The notes below the pieces were generated by a model that was given only the letters and a program-made list of their open reading frames with translations, did not search any database and was not told where the DNA came from. DNA of 64,000 nt from positions 8,184 through 72,183 of the forward strand of contig CAZECN010000007.1 of assembly GCA_964510575.1 (NCBI GenBank). Direction: 5' to 3'. The position numbers and the translations under genes are program-made. Source of the DNA: an uncultured Bdellovibrionales bacterium (GTDB lineage: Bacteria > Bdellovibrionota_C > UBA2361 > SZUA-149 > CALKYB01). This document shows, in pieces, positions 27,625-38,203 of the stretch (position 1 is its first letter; every line of letters begins with the position of its first letter).

Positions 27625-28941
27625 CTAGTCCTGAAATACACGCTTGAAAATATAATCTACGTGCTCAAGGTGTCTGTCCAGCGAAAAGGACTTTTCAAGC
27701 TCCTCAGCCGACAAAAGTGAGGTTATTTTCTCATCAGCTGAAACCAATTCAATAAAATCAGGCCCTTGACCGTCTCCGGTGTTGATCGAATCCCAAACTT
27801 TCATGGCATGCCCTTGGACTAAGCTATAAGACTCCTCTCGACTAATCCCCTTAGCCGCCAGAGCCACCAAGAGAGTTCCAGAGAAAACAAGGCCTTTGGT
27901 CATGTCCAAATTCTTCTTCATGTTTTCTGGATAGACCGCTAGGTTTTCAATTACACCTGTCATTCTGGCCAGCATAAAATCCAAAAGCACTGTGCTATCT
28001 GGGGCAACAACTCGCTCAACACTGGAGTGACTAATGTCTCTCTCGTGCCATAGAGCGACGTTCTCCTGCGCACTGTGAGCCCAGGAACGAATTAAACGGG
28101 CCAAGCCAGTAACATTTTCTGTAAGAATAGGGTTTCTCTTATGAGGCATCGCACTGGAACCTTTTTGCCCCTTAGTGAAACTCTCCTCTGCTTCCCGAAC
28201 TTCAGTTCTCTGCAAGTGACGAATTTCAACCGCTATTTTCTCCATAGTAGATGCTAACAAAGCAAAACTAGAAAATAGCGAAGCATGACGGTCACGCTGA
28301 ATAATCTGACTGGAAGCTGGTGCTGGCTGCAAACCAAGCTTTTCACAAACATACTCTTCAATTGAAGGTGGAATGTGAGCAAAAGTTCCAACAGGTCCAG
28401 AGATAGCTCCAACCGCAATGTCCTTCCTTGCCGCAACAATTCTATCTCTATGGCGCTGAAGTTCAGAGTACCAAATGGCACATTTCAAACCGAAAGTTGT
28501 AGGCTCTGCATGAATACCATGCGAGCGACCCACACAAACTGTGTTCTTATGTGCCATACCCTGCTTCTTAACTGCCGCAGAGAACTTATCCAACCCAGTA
28601 AGAATCATATCTGTGGCCTTGGTCAACTGCACAGCAAAGCAAGTGTCCAAGAGGTCAGAACTAGTCATTCCAAAATGAAGGTAACGAGCGCCCTCACCAA
28701 CGTTTTCAGCAACATTAGTTAGAAAAGCGATTACATCATGTTTAACTTCTTTTTCAATTTCTAATACTCGCTCAGTATTAAAAGCTCCTTTAGCTTTAAC
28801 CTCTTCAAGAGCTTCCTTGGGAGCTATTCCCTCGTCCACCATCTTTTCAAGAGCTAGCGTTTCAATCTCAAGCCAAAACTCAAATCTAGCTTCATCAGTC
28901 CAAAGGGCAACCATTTCAGGTCTAGAATATCTTGCTATCAT
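27625..28941 (-). CDS. purB: adenylosuccinate lyase
   Basis: MIARYSRPEM... N-terminus and the fumarate-lyase signature GSSAMPHKRNP. Confidence 0.95.
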   Translation of the reverse strand: MIARYSRPEMVALWTDEARFEFWLEIETLALEKMVDEGIAPKEALEEVKAKGAFNTERVLEIEKEVKHDVIAFLTNVAENVGEGARYLHFGMTSSDLLDTCFAVQLTKATDMILTGLDKFSAAVKKQGMAHKNTVCVGRSHGIHAEPTTFGLKCAIWYSELQRHRDRIVAARKDIAVGAISGPVGTFAHIPPSIEEYVCEKLGLQPAPASSQIIQRDRHASLFSSFALLASTMEKIAVEIRHLQRTEVREAEESFTKGQKGSSAMPHKRNPILTENVTGLARLIRSWAHSAQENVALWHERDISHSSVERVVAPDSTVLLDFMLARMTGVIENLAVYPENMKKNLDMTKGLVFSGTLLVALAAKGISREESYSLVQGHAMKVWDSINTGDGQGPDFIELVSADEKITSLLSAEELEKSFSLDRHLEHVDYIFKRVFQD

Positions 28942-29855
28942 GCTCTCTCTCTTCTTTTAGAGGTGGCTCCAGAATCACTCTCTGAGCCTTCTACATCAAT
29001 GGCGCCGTCATCCTCCAACAAGGTTTGCGAAGACGATGCCGAACTCAATATTGATCGAATTTGAAAAAATGGAGTGGCTGCTGTGGCAGTTGCAGCGAAA
29101 AACTTAGAATCCTTCCAGCCACCGGAAGAAGCCCAGGCTTGCTCAAGCTCCTGAAGGGCAATCACTGGAGTGTTACTGTTCTCGCTAATATGAGCGGCAA
29201 TTATGAATTGAAGTCTTTCGTCTTGCCTAGCCATGCCCCGAAGCAAGTCAGCAGCAGCTAAGTTCCCCAGATGACCCAAGTCACCAGCAATTCTATTTTT
29301 GAGCCGATCAGGGTAAGGCGCTTCACCAAGCAAGCCCAAGTCGTGATTGGACTCAATGACCAAAGCGGAAAGATCTTTCAGCCGAGACTTCATGTTTTCA
29401 CAAACTCGACCAGTGTCTGTGCAGTAGCCTAATCTACACTCACCTTTAGAAACAACCATACCTATTGGCTCAGCAGCATCATGCCAAACTGGAAAGGTCT
29501 CTAAGCTAAAATTCCCTATGGAAAAGGTTTCGCTACTCGAGATGCAGCAGAGCTTATCATAGTCTAAGATGTCGCAGGCCTCAGCGGTCTTAGAAGTAGT
29601 AAAGATATCCGGTCTATATTTCTTGATGATTGTTTTGAGGCCAACAACGTGGTCGCTGTGCTCATGAGTAAGCACTACTCCAGCTAACTCATCAATAGAG
29701 TAGCCAAGCTCCAATAAACGCTGCTCAGTCCGACGACAACTGAGCCCTGTGTCTATTAAAAAACCAGACTCTGAGTCTGTAACCAAAGTGCTGTTAGCTT
29801 TGGAGCCGCTAGACAACAGCGAGAAACCAAAAGCGTTTTGAGAATTATCTCCCAC
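28938..29855 (-). CDS. MBL-fold metallo-hydrolase
   Basis: HEHSDH metal-binding motif and later His/Asp ligands. The stop overlaps the purB start (ATGA). Confidence 0.8.
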   Translation of the reverse strand: MGDNSQNAFGFSLLSSGSKANSTLVTDSESGFLIDTGLSCRRTEQRLLELGYSIDELAGVVLTHEHSDHVVGLKTIIKKYRPDIFTTSKTAEACDILDYDKLCCISSSETFSIGNFSLETFPVWHDAAEPIGMVVSKGECRLGYCTDTGRVCENMKSRLKDLSALVIESNHDLGLLGEAPYPDRLKNRIAGDLGHLGNLAAADLLRGMARQDERLQFIIAAHISENSNTPVIALQELEQAWASSGGWKDSKFFAATATAATPFFQIRSILSSASSSQTLLEDDGAIDVEGSESDSGATSKRRERA

Positions 29856-29870
29856 GCTCTCCTACTCTAC

Positions 29871-31307
29871 CTATGATTCTACAGCAGGCTCTGAGCCCGA
29901 AAGTTGTCCAAATCTCCACTTAATCAGAGGCGGTGTAACCATTGTGGTAACAATGACCATAATAACAACCGCTCCAAAGGTGGCACTATCAATTACTGGC
30001 TTACCTGCCAGGGTCAGACTAGCTCCGATACCGGCGAAAATCAGCCCAACCTCTCCACGAGGAATCATACCTAATCCAACAGCGGTGCCATCAATATCTT
30101 TCTCTCGAACACCAAAAGCACAGACCTGCTTACCAATTATGGCCATGAAAGTTAGAACCAGGGCGAAGCCAAGGATCGATACATTTCCAAAGACACTTAC
30201 GTCTACTCGTGCTCCCATAACAACAAAGAAAATAGGAACAAGGAGGGAGGTAATAGGCGCAATCAACTCTTCGATTGTGGCCCCTTCAGCGTCTTTTTCA
30301 GCAAGGTCTTCATAGTGAACCTCATCTAATATTAGACCCGCTGTGAAAGCTCCTACAATAGCAGCCAAGCCTGCGATCGCTTGTGCGATATAAGCCAATC
30401 CAAAACAAACAACTAAAGATATGGCTAGAAGCAGTCCTCGGCTTCTTAGGTAAGTTGCAGCTTTCATCATAGGGGCTGAGCAATAATGACCGAGAATAAT
30501 TGCTCCACCTAAAAAGGCCACGGCTTTACCGATAATTACAAAAATAGCAGAAGATTGAAATTCGCCTCCCGCATTTACTGCAGCGATGATTCCACTAACA
30601 ACTGCAAGTGTCATTAGACCCAAAACATCATCAATTACGGCAGCCCCAAGAATGATTTTAGATTCTTTGGCTTGAATCTTACCTATATCTTTAAGCACTC
30701 GGGCAGTAATCCCAACACTTGTGGCAGTAAGAGTTGCACCAACAAAAACGTGAACCAAAGTATCTGCATCAGGAATAAAAAACCAAGCCACTCCCCAGCC
30801 AAGAAAGAAGGGAACAACTACACCTAGCAGAGCGACAATCAGGGCTGAGGTTCCAACCGAGGCCATCTCTTTTACGTTAGTCTCTAAGCCTACTTCAAAT
30901 AGCAATAGGATAACGCCTAGCTCACTTAGGATTGTGATGTATTCGCTTGTTTTTAAGCCATCGAACCAATGAAGACCGAAAAGCGCACAACTGCCAAGAA
31001 CAACTCCCATAACTAGCTCACCCAAAACTTCGGGCTGGTGCAAACGGACAGCTATGTCTCCACCAATTTTTGCAGCAAGCAAGACAATCACAATTTGAAG
31101 CAGAACGTCTGTGATTGGGCCTTCCCCACCACCTCCGTATGGAGCTTCATCCGTAGATTCAATGTCTACGGTCTGCATCACTACAGAGTCTGGCAAAGCA
31201 ATCTCGCCTCCGATAACTGCAGAAGCCGGATTCTCAGCAAAGATGTTCAATCCAGCCAAGGCTAAAAGCAAGAAGATCAAAGTAAGTTTAGGAGTTTTGA
31301 AAAGCAT
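29871..31307 (-). CDS. cation:proton antiporter (CPA2/Kef-type membrane domain)
   Basis: About 12 TM helices with a glycine-rich CPA-type sequence. ATG 31307 yields a signal-like N-terminus; the ORF-track GTG at 31358 is less likely. Confidence 0.8.
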   Translation of the reverse strand: MLFKTPKLTLIFLLLALAGLNIFAENPASAVIGGEIALPDSVVMQTVDIESTDEAPYGGGGEGPITDVLLQIVIVLLAAKIGGDIAVRLHQPEVLGELVMGVVLGSCALFGLHWFDGLKTSEYITILSELGVILLLFEVGLETNVKEMASVGTSALIVALLGVVVPFFLGWGVAWFFIPDADTLVHVFVGATLTATSVGITARVLKDIGKIQAKESKIILGAAVIDDVLGLMTLAVVSGIIAAVNAGGEFQSSAIFVIIGKAVAFLGGAIILGHYCSAPMMKAATYLRSRGLLLAISLVVCFGLAYIAQAIAGLAAIVGAFTAGLILDEVHYEDLAEKDAEGATIEELIAPITSLLVPIFFVVMGARVDVSVFGNVSILGFALVLTFMAIIGKQVCAFGVREKDIDGTAVGLGMIPRGEVGLIFAGIGASLTLAGKPVIDSATFGAVVIMVIVTTMVTPPLIKWRFGQLSGSEPAVES

Positions 31308-31641
31308 AATTTTCCAAGATTTAGCGTATTTAAACCAAGTCGAGATGCAGAAAAGCACCTCCTTAAAAGCTGGCAGAGTTAAACAATTTAGCGCTTGAGA
31401 TACAATAGAGAAGCCAAAATTTTAAAGTTGTTGATAAGCTGGTAAGGGCTTGAATTTTTGTGCCAATTCCTTGAGACACTTAAATCACAATAATTATTAA
31501 CCAAATTTATCTGGTTTGCATTCTAAGGACTTCTCCGACAAACTAAGAAGACTGGGCCATTTAGCATCACAAGCCTACAGCTCAAGCTCTTTAAATTTTA
31601 TCTTTTGAGTGACCTTTGTCTTAAAGGTTTTTATTAAAAGA

Positions 31642-31697
31642 CCTCCAGTTAAGTGGCTCGATAATTACTATCATGGAGCCACTTAACACCTAGGAGG
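31642..31697 (+). promoter_or_regulatory. 5'-UTR hairpin able to sequester the Shine-Dalgarno of the 31705 ORF
   Basis: Perfect 12-bp stem gttaagtggctc (31648-31659) / gagccacttaac (31676-31687). It is extended by cctcc (31642-31646) pairing with the SD ggagg (31693-31697), 7 nt before the ATG. Confidence 0.4.
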
Positions 31698-31704
31698 CAC
31701 ACTG

Positions 31705-32253
31705 ATGCCCTATCAAATGATCAATCTTGTTTACGCTCTTGTTTCAATAACAGCGTTAATTCTCGCTTTATTCGCTGTCTGTCTCCAAGCATCAATGTTT
31801 CCTCGTGATCAGACTGGACTCTTGCGAGTGCAGCAAGAAGAGCTCCGGTCACTTGCTATAGACGTTGAAGGGCTCTCCGCAGACAATTTCTGGAGCTGGC
31901 TCATTAGCTTGGTAGTAATCGTAATATTAGTATTTCAATCACCTTCCTCCAACTCAGAGATAAATTTTTATCAGATGGGATTTATAGTTGCTGGAATATT
32001 CATATTGATACGGCTTAGCTACAATGGTTCAAGGGCATCTTTCAACATATACCGCCTTGCATTGATCGAAGTTGATAAAAACTACTCAACCGAAAACAAA
32101 GAAGTAAGTCCTTTTAAAGATTTCTACGATCGCCCAATAAGAAAAAACCCGACATTCGCTCTATGCTTTGCAGTCGCTTGTTGGGCTTCTGTAGCGACTA
32201 TAGCAATAGTACGCTTAATGATGGACCTATGGACTATCTTTAAGATTATATAG
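31705..32253 (+). CDS. hypothetical integral membrane protein (4 TM)
   Basis: ATG after AGGAGG. 182 aa with four hydrophobic segments. No family recognised. Confidence 0.5.
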   Translation: MPYQMINLVYALVSITALILALFAVCLQASMFPRDQTGLLRVQQEELRSLAIDVEGLSADNFWSWLISLVVIVILVFQSPSSNSEINFYQMGFIVAGIFILIRLSYNGSRASFNIYRLALIEVDKNYSTENKEVSPFKDFYDRPIRKNPTFALCFAVACWASVATIAIVRLMMDLWTIFKII

Positions 32254-32370
32254 AAGCGAGTGGTTCAGCTAACATTACGAAAGGCAAGTACTTCGCTTGC
32301 CTTGACCCGTTTTCGACCAGGTCACTCGCCTTTTTAAATCTCGAAAACCCTTAAAAACCAAAAGAAGTAA

Positions 32371-33195
32371 CTAAACCAACTTTGAACGATTTTTAACAAG
32401 TTTCGAAGCCCAAAAGAAAAGAGCCACACCGAGAAGAACTGAAATAGTAAAGCTAAGACCAAAGGAAAGCTCTCCGGTGCCCAGGGCACAGAATCTAAAA
32501 CCATCAATCATATAATATAAAGGATTAAGCTTCGAAATAGTTGACCAAGGCTCTGGTAATAGTGCAACCGGATAGAACAGTCCTCCTAAGTAAATTGCAG
32601 GAAGAATCAGAAAATTTGTAAAAACCGAGAGCCTGTCAAAGTTATCACTATAAACTGCTGCAATTATTCCAAGCTGTGAAAACAAGAAGCTCACTACCAG
32701 CGCCATTGCCAAAGCTAAAAAAGGATGGGGCCAGGCAATCTCTGCAAAGAATAGAGAAATGAAAAATATCGCAACTCCCACAGTGAGACCTCTAGCCATA
32801 GATGAAATAGTATATGCTAAAGTCATTGATGATGGAGACAGAGGGGCCACCAAATAGTCCACTACATACCCAAGGTAACGGGCCATAAAAAGGGAGCTAG
32901 AGCTATTACCAAAAGTGTTTTGCACCACGCCCATTAAAATTAAACCAGGAATCACAAACTGAACGTAGCTAGTTCCCTCAAACAAACTAACCCTTTGCCC
33001 AAGGCTCACTCCAAAAACTAGAAGATATAAGGTCACAGTAGTTACTGGAACAATTAAAGTTTGGACTGCAACTGAGGTGATTCTTAGAACCTCTTTTTTT
33101 AATAAGGTAAAAAAAGGAAGCCCTATTTGATAACTGACAGGCTGCCCTTGATAAACTTGCTTTAGTTGTTGCTCTAAACTGTTCGCAGAACTCAC
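32371..33195 (-). CDS. yadH: ABC-2 type transporter permease (YadH-like)
   Basis: Colinear with E. coli YadH (VQTLIVPVTTVTLYLLVFG, YVQFVIPGLILMG, LNPLYYMIDGFRF). Confidence 0.85.
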   Translation of the reverse strand: MSSANSLEQQLKQVYQGQPVSYQIGLPFFTLLKKEVLRITSVAVQTLIVPVTTVTLYLLVFGVSLGQRVSLFEGTSYVQFVIPGLILMGVVQNTFGNSSSSLFMARYLGYVVDYLVAPLSPSSMTLAYTISSMARGLTVGVAIFFISLFFAEIAWPHPFLALAMALVVSFLFSQLGIIAAVYSDNFDRLSVFTNFLILPAIYLGGLFYPVALLPEPWSTISKLNPLYYMIDGFRFCALGTGELSFGLSFTISVLLGVALFFWASKLVKNRSKLV

Positions 33196-34163
33196 TGCTT
33201 ATCCTCCGAACTTAGCTTCAAAAAAACATCTTCCAAGTCTGGCCTGGAGAGATAAACATCCGCTATCGAAATTCCAGCCATCTGTGCAAGTTCAACCACT
33301 CGAGTGAGCTCGCTTCCACTTTTCAAAGAGAGATGAAGCTCTTTTCGCTCACTACTTGTATATCTCGGGGAATAGTTCGCGAAAGGCTTCAAATCTTTCT
33401 CATCTACTGGCTTATCCAGCACTAAGCTTAATTTTTGGTCGCCAACTTTTTCGATCAAGTCCTGAGTGGGCTCTATAGTGATCAGCTTGCCATCTTTCAT
33501 AAAAGCAATTCTGTCACACATTTCTTCTGCTTCATCTAAGTAGTGAGTAGTCAGAAGCACATTTATGCCAACATTATTAATCTCTCTAACAAAGGACCAA
33601 AGTCTGTTTCTAAGCTCCACATCGACACCGGCAGTGGGCTCATCCAGTATAATTAGCCTCGGCTTATGCAAAAGGGTTTTCGCCAACATAAACCTCCTAC
33701 GCATTCCGCCAGAAAGCTTAATATATTTTTTCTGAAGATGAGGGCCTAATTCCATTTGCTCGATAATCAGCTCTCGCCAACTTGGGTCATCCTGAACTCC
33801 ATAGTAACCAGAATGAATCTTAAGAGCTTGCCCAACGAGAAGATACTGCTCAATGACTGGATCCTGGTGCATCACTCCGGTTAGCCGTCTGGTTTTGATA
33901 TAATCCTTGCGATTATCAAATCCAAAAACAGAAAGGCTACCCGAGTCAGGCATTAAAACTCCTGCTATCATATTGATAGTGGTACTCTTACCTGCTCCGT
34001 TCGGCCCAAGAAGTCCGAGCACTTCACCGGGTTTCATTTCAAAATTTAAATTGTTTACTACGATGACCGGACCACTTTCGCTAGGAAAGCTTTTACTTAC
34101 ATTGGATATGATAAGAGGAGATTGCTGTAGATTTTCTTCTGGTATCTGTTGAGATTGGAACAT
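33192..34163 (-). CDS. yadG: ABC transporter ATP-binding protein (YadG-like)
   Basis: Walker A GPNGAGKST, signature LSGGMRRR, Walker B LIILDEP. ATG 34163 is preferred to the TTG at 34190. The stop overlaps the permease start. Confidence 0.85.
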   Translation of the reverse strand: MFQSQQIPEENLQQSPLIISNVSKSFPSESGPVIVVNNLNFEMKPGEVLGLLGPNGAGKSTTINMIAGVLMPDSGSLSVFGFDNRKDYIKTRRLTGVMHQDPVIEQYLLVGQALKIHSGYYGVQDDPSWRELIIEQMELGPHLQKKYIKLSGGMRRRFMLAKTLLHKPRLIILDEPTAGVDVELRNRLWSFVREINNVGINVLLTTHYLDEAEEMCDRIAFMKDGKLITIEPTQDLIEKVGDQKLSLVLDKPVDEKDLKPFANYSPRYTSSERKELHLSLKSGSELTRVVELAQMAGISIADVYLSRPDLEDVFLKLSSEDKQ

Positions 34164-34171
34164 TGAAGGGA

Positions 34172-34378
34172 CTATTTTTCCTCGGCACAACCCTGTTCTA
34201 CTTGCTCCTCATAGCTAACGCCACAGATACTACAACGTTCTTTTCCATCATCGGCTGTAACCAGATTGTTCATTCCCCCACAGCTTCCCTTGATTCGTTT
34301 GCCTGCAACAATATAACCAACCGCCATCAATAGAATGAAGGCTGCGAAAAACACTAAAGTGACAATGAAAGTTTCCAT
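34172..34378 (-). CDS. nqrM: Na+-NQR maturation protein NqrM
   Basis: Single TM segment followed by KGSCGG...C.ICG, as in Vibrio NqrM (DUF539). Located after apbE. The ATG 34378 start matches the family N-terminus. Confidence 0.7.
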   Translation of the reverse strand: METFIVTLVFFAAFILLMAVGYIVAGKRIKGSCGGMNNLVTADDGKERCSICGVSYEEQVEQGCAEEK

Positions 34379-34441
34379 AACAAACGCCAATAAGGTTAAA
34401 GAATCACTAATCTCTAGCAAATAGGACAGAAATGCAAATCC

Positions 34442-35464
34442 CTAGCCCTCAAGAGCCTTATCGAAGCTCTTGCTAGAAACCGTCTTTAATTCACCCTCTT
34501 CACCTACACTTACAAACCTTGCTGAGAGACCTAGCTTTTCTGTTAGCTGCATACCCTTTTCGGCGCCTAAAACTAGAAGGGCCGTAGCGAATGCATCTGC
34601 CCTAGCACAGCTCTTATCCAGAACTGTTACTGAAACGGTATTGTGTTTTACTGGAAGTCCGTCCTGAGGGTTAATCAAGTGAGAAAAACGCCGACCATCT
34701 GAATTAAAATAATTACGGTAGGTTCCAGAAGTAGCAATCGAACGATCTTTGATTGGCACAATAATGTCTAACTTATCACTATCTTCAACTGCCTGCTCAA
34801 CAGCGATTCGCCAAGGATCACCTGAACGATTAAGGCCTGAGGCTCGAACTTCGCCGCCAATTTCGACCATAAAGTTTCTTATTCCCGATTGCAATAAAAC
34901 CTCAGCGGCTCGGTCGCTTCCATAGCCCTTTGCTATAGCACTTAAATCGAGCACTAGCTCTCGGTTGATCTTCCTCAGAGCTGGTGGGTTCTCCCGGTTT
35001 TCAACTCCGTTAAAACCTGTTCTTATTAACGCTTCTTTTACCTGTTCCTCTTTAGGTTGGGTGCTCACCATACCCTGAGAACCAAAGCCCCATAACTCAA
35101 CAAGGGGAAGCACTGTGGGATCGAAAGCACCGTCCGTAAGCTCGGCGACTTCCTTAGCTAAGGAAATCACTTGCTGGGTTTCATTAGAAACGGAGAACCA
35201 GTCGTTATGCCTTAATTCATTGAATCTACTAAGCTCAGACTCCGGCTTGTAGGTAGACATCAAACCATCAATTTTTTCTATCTCAGCTTTTAACTTGGAC
35301 TCAAGTTCTGAATATTCAAGATCACCCTCTTCAAGCCACTTCACAGAATAGCTAGTGCCCATTGCTGAGCCGCTGACTCTTCTCTCTTTTGTTCCAGGAA
35401 AAAAATATAAAAAAAGCAGGGTTAGTCCAATAATAACCAACCCTGCTTTAATTCGCTGATTCAT
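34442..35464 (-). CDS. apbE: FAD:protein FMN transferase ApbE
   Basis: 340 aa with a signal/lipoprotein-like N-terminus and ApbE-family similarity (AMGT.Y, AIAKGY, SIATSG). Follows nqrF. Confidence 0.9.
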   Translation of the reverse strand: MNQRIKAGLVIIGLTLLFLYFFPGTKERRVSGSAMGTSYSVKWLEEGDLEYSELESKLKAEIEKIDGLMSTYKPESELSRFNELRHNDWFSVSNETQQVISLAKEVAELTDGAFDPTVLPLVELWGFGSQGMVSTQPKEEQVKEALIRTGFNGVENRENPPALRKINRELVLDLSAIAKGYGSDRAAEVLLQSGIRNFMVEIGGEVRASGLNRSGDPWRIAVEQAVEDSDKLDIIVPIKDRSIATSGTYRNYFNSDGRRFSHLINPQDGLPVKHNTVSVTVLDKSCARADAFATALLVLGAEKGMQLTEKLGLSARFVSVGEEGELKTVSSKSFDKALEG

Positions 35465-35476
35465 GATTAGAGCTTA

Positions 35477-36691
35477 CTAGCCGCCGAAATCATCAAAAGC
35501 GATATTCTCTGGCTCAACACCCATATCATCAAGCAGCTTAAAAACTGCTTGGTTCATCAATGGTGGTCCACAAAGATAATACTCGCAATCCTCTGGGGCC
35601 GGGTGATTCTTCAAATAGTTCTCAAAAAGAACATTATGGATAAATCCAGTAGGTCCTTCCCAGTTATCTTCATCCAGAGGGTCAGATAAGGCTAAGTGCC
35701 AATTGAAATTAGGGTTAGCAGCCTGCATGTCATCGAACTCTTCCACATAGAAAGCTTCACGTAAGCTTCTCGCTCCATACCAAAATGATACTTTACGATC
35801 CGTCTTAATTCTTTTGAACTGATCGTATAGGTGAGACCTCATCGGTGCCATTCCAGCTCCACCACCAATGAAGATCATTTCATTATCAGTCTCTTTTGCG
35901 TAGAACTCTCCGTAAGGGCCGGAGATCACCACATCATCCCCTGGCTTTAAGTTAAAGATATAGGAAGACATTATCCCCGGAGGGTGCTGAGTTCTGGGAG
36001 GTGGAGTTGCTACCCGAACATTAAGCATGATCAAGCCTTTCTCTTCAGGATAGTTAGCCATTGAGTATGCTCTAATAACATCTTCCTTAACTACAGACTT
36101 AATATCCCAAAGCTTAAACTTATCCCAATCAGCCCGGTATTGGTCTTCAATATCGAAGTCACTATAGGTAAGCTCATGGGGTGGACACTCAATCTGAATA
36201 TATCCACCCGCTCTGAAATCAACATGTTCACCTGTAGGAAGCTCAAGCACTAGCTCCTTAATAAAGGTAGCTACGTTATCGTTAGAACGTACTTTACAAT
36301 TCCACTTTTTAACTCCGAAAACTTCTTCTGGAACCCTAACCTTCATGTCTTGCTTAACCACTACCTGGCAAGATAGACGACAGCCTTCTTTAGCCTCTCC
36401 ACGAGATACGTGACCTTTTTCAGTTGGAAGAATATCCCCTCCCCCTTCAAGCACATCTACCTTGCACTGAGCACAAGTTCCACCACCACCGCAGGCTGAA
36501 GAAATAAAAATTTTCTCGTCAGCAAGTGCAGAAAGAAGCTTTCCTCCGGCAGGCACCGATATAGTCTTCTCGTCATTGATCGTAATGTTTACGTTTCCAG
36601 CAGCAACCAGCTTACAACGCGCAGCCATAATTATACTGACTAGGGTCAGAACAATTAAAGTGAAAACGATTACACCAATTAAAATTTCCAT
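35477..36691 (-). CDS. nqrF: Na+-translocating NADH:quinone oxidoreductase subunit F
   Basis: N-terminal TM segment, 2Fe-2S motif [10 protein letters not shown], and an FAD/NADH-binding domain ([18 protein letters not shown]). Confidence 0.95.
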   Translation of the reverse strand: MEILIGVIVFTLIVLTLVSIIMAARCKLVAAGNVNITINDEKTISVPAGGKLLSALADEKIFISSACGGGGTCAQCKVDVLEGGGDILPTEKGHVSRGEAKEGCRLSCQVVVKQDMKVRVPEEVFGVKKWNCKVRSNDNVATFIKELVLELPTGEHVDFRAGGYIQIECPPHELTYSDFDIEDQYRADWDKFKLWDIKSVVKEDVIRAYSMANYPEEKGLIMLNVRVATPPPRTQHPPGIMSSYIFNLKPGDDVVISGPYGEFYAKETDNEMIFIGGGAGMAPMRSHLYDQFKRIKTDRKVSFWYGARSLREAFYVEEFDDMQAANPNFNWHLALSDPLDEDNWEGPTGFIHNVLFENYLKNHPAPEDCEYYLCGPPLMNQAVFKLLDDMGVEPENIAFDDFGG

Positions 36692-36736
36692 TTTCTCTTA
36701 TTCCTTAATCTCTACGCCCTTCTAACGTGGAGGACA

Positions 36737-37348
36737 CTAGAGTTGAATTCCTGAAAAAGACATAAAAGCCATCGACATAAGGCCAACAATAATAAAGGTA
36801 ATTCCAAGCCCCTTAAGACCATCTGGAATATCACTGTATTTTAGCTTCTCTCTGATTCCAGCTAGGGCCATGATCGCGAGTGCCCATCCCAGTCCGGAAC
36901 CAAAACCAAAGACGATACTCTCTGGCAGGTCATAGTCACGGTCAACCATGAACAAAGAGCCACCAAGAATCGCACAGTTCACTGTAATCAGCGGTAAGAA
37001 AATTCCGAGAGCATTGTACAAAGCTGGCACAAACTTATCTAAGGTCATCTCTAGAATCTGAACCATCGCAGCAATCACTCCGATATAGGAAATCAGCCCG
37101 AGAAAAGATAAATCAGTATCTGGCATTCCAGCCCAAGCCAGTGCTCCCTCCTTTAGAATATAATTGTAAATCAGGTTATTAACCGGAATTGTAATTGTCT
37201 GAACAACAATTACAGCAATTCCTAAACCTGTGGCTGTTTCAACACTTTTTGAAACGGCCAAAAAAGTACACATGCCAAGAAAGAAGGCTAGTGCTAGGTT
37301 CTCAACAAATACAGCTTTAATAAAAAGACTGAGGTATTCTTCAAACAT
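36737..37348 (-). CDS. nqrE: Na+-NQR subunit E
   Basis: 203-aa polytopic protein with NqrE/RnfA-type sequence. Gene order supports the call. Confidence 0.95.
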   Translation of the reverse strand: MFEEYLSLFIKAVFVENLALAFFLGMCTFLAVSKSVETATGLGIAVIVVQTITIPVNNLIYNYILKEGALAWAGMPDTDLSFLGLISYIGVIAAMVQILEMTLDKFVPALYNALGIFLPLITVNCAILGGSLFMVDRDYDLPESIVFGFGSGLGWALAIMALAGIREKLKYSDIPDGLKGLGITFIIVGLMSMAFMSFSGIQL

Positions 37349-37353
37349 TTCTC

Positions 37354-37974
37354 TTAACCCTCGTGCTCTACTTGATCGGTCTTATAGCTTCTAAGCACCC
37401 AGATGAATATTCCGATAATAAAGAATGCACTTGGAGCTAAAAGCATCATTCCATTTGGTTGATACCAGCCTCCTTCCGCAACAGACGGAAGAACTGCTTT
37501 TCCAAAAAGAGTTCCGGAACCAAACATTTCTCTAAATGCTCCAACCACAATCAGAATCAAACTATAGCCAAGACCGTTTCCGATTCCATCCAAGAAGCTT
37601 AGGAAAACATTATTCTTCATGGCGAAAGCTTCAGCCCGACCCATAACAATACAGTTAGTGATAATCAGCCCAACAAAAACAGATAGCTGTTTACTAATCC
37701 CGTAAGCATAAGCCTTGAGAACTTGGTCGACTACGATCACCAGAGAAGCAATAATAGTCATTTGGACGATAATTCTAATACTGGAAGGGATGTGATTTCG
37801 AATCAAACTTACTGCCGCATTAGAGCAAGCTAACACTGCTATTACCGCTGCGCACATAACAAGCACGGTATCCATCTTGGTGGTAACAGCAAGAGCGGAA
37901 CAAATCCCTAACACCTGAAGGGCGATAGGATTATCATCAAGCAGTGGTCCAAATAATACTTCTTTAACTTTCAT
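37354..37974 (-). CDS. nqrD: Na+-NQR subunit D
   Basis: [21 protein letters not shown] matches the NqrD N-terminal signature. Confidence 0.95.
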   Translation of the reverse strand: MKVKEVLFGPLLDDNPIALQVLGICSALAVTTKMDTVLVMCAAVIAVLACSNAAVSLIRNHIPSSIRIIVQMTIIASLVIVVDQVLKAYAYGISKQLSVFVGLIITNCIVMGRAEAFAMKNNVFLSFLDGIGNGLGYSLILIVVGAFREMFGSGTLFGKAVLPSVAEGGWYQPNGMMLLAPSAFFIIGIFIWVLRSYKTDQVEHEG

Positions 37975-38203
37975 AACTATTCACTAAAATCTCAGTTAGT
38001 AAAAAATCTTAATTCAACCAAGCAATTTACAAAAAAGCCCCTGCTGCGTTTGAGCAGGCACGCTGCAGGCGAGGACAAGTAACAATTCACATAACTCCAC
38101 AAATACGACTAGCATTTGGCCACCCGACCCTAAAAAATAAAAGTTCTATACCTCGATTAAACTTTAACTGTTTAGCTCTGGTGAATTGATACATAGCCAT
38201 GGC

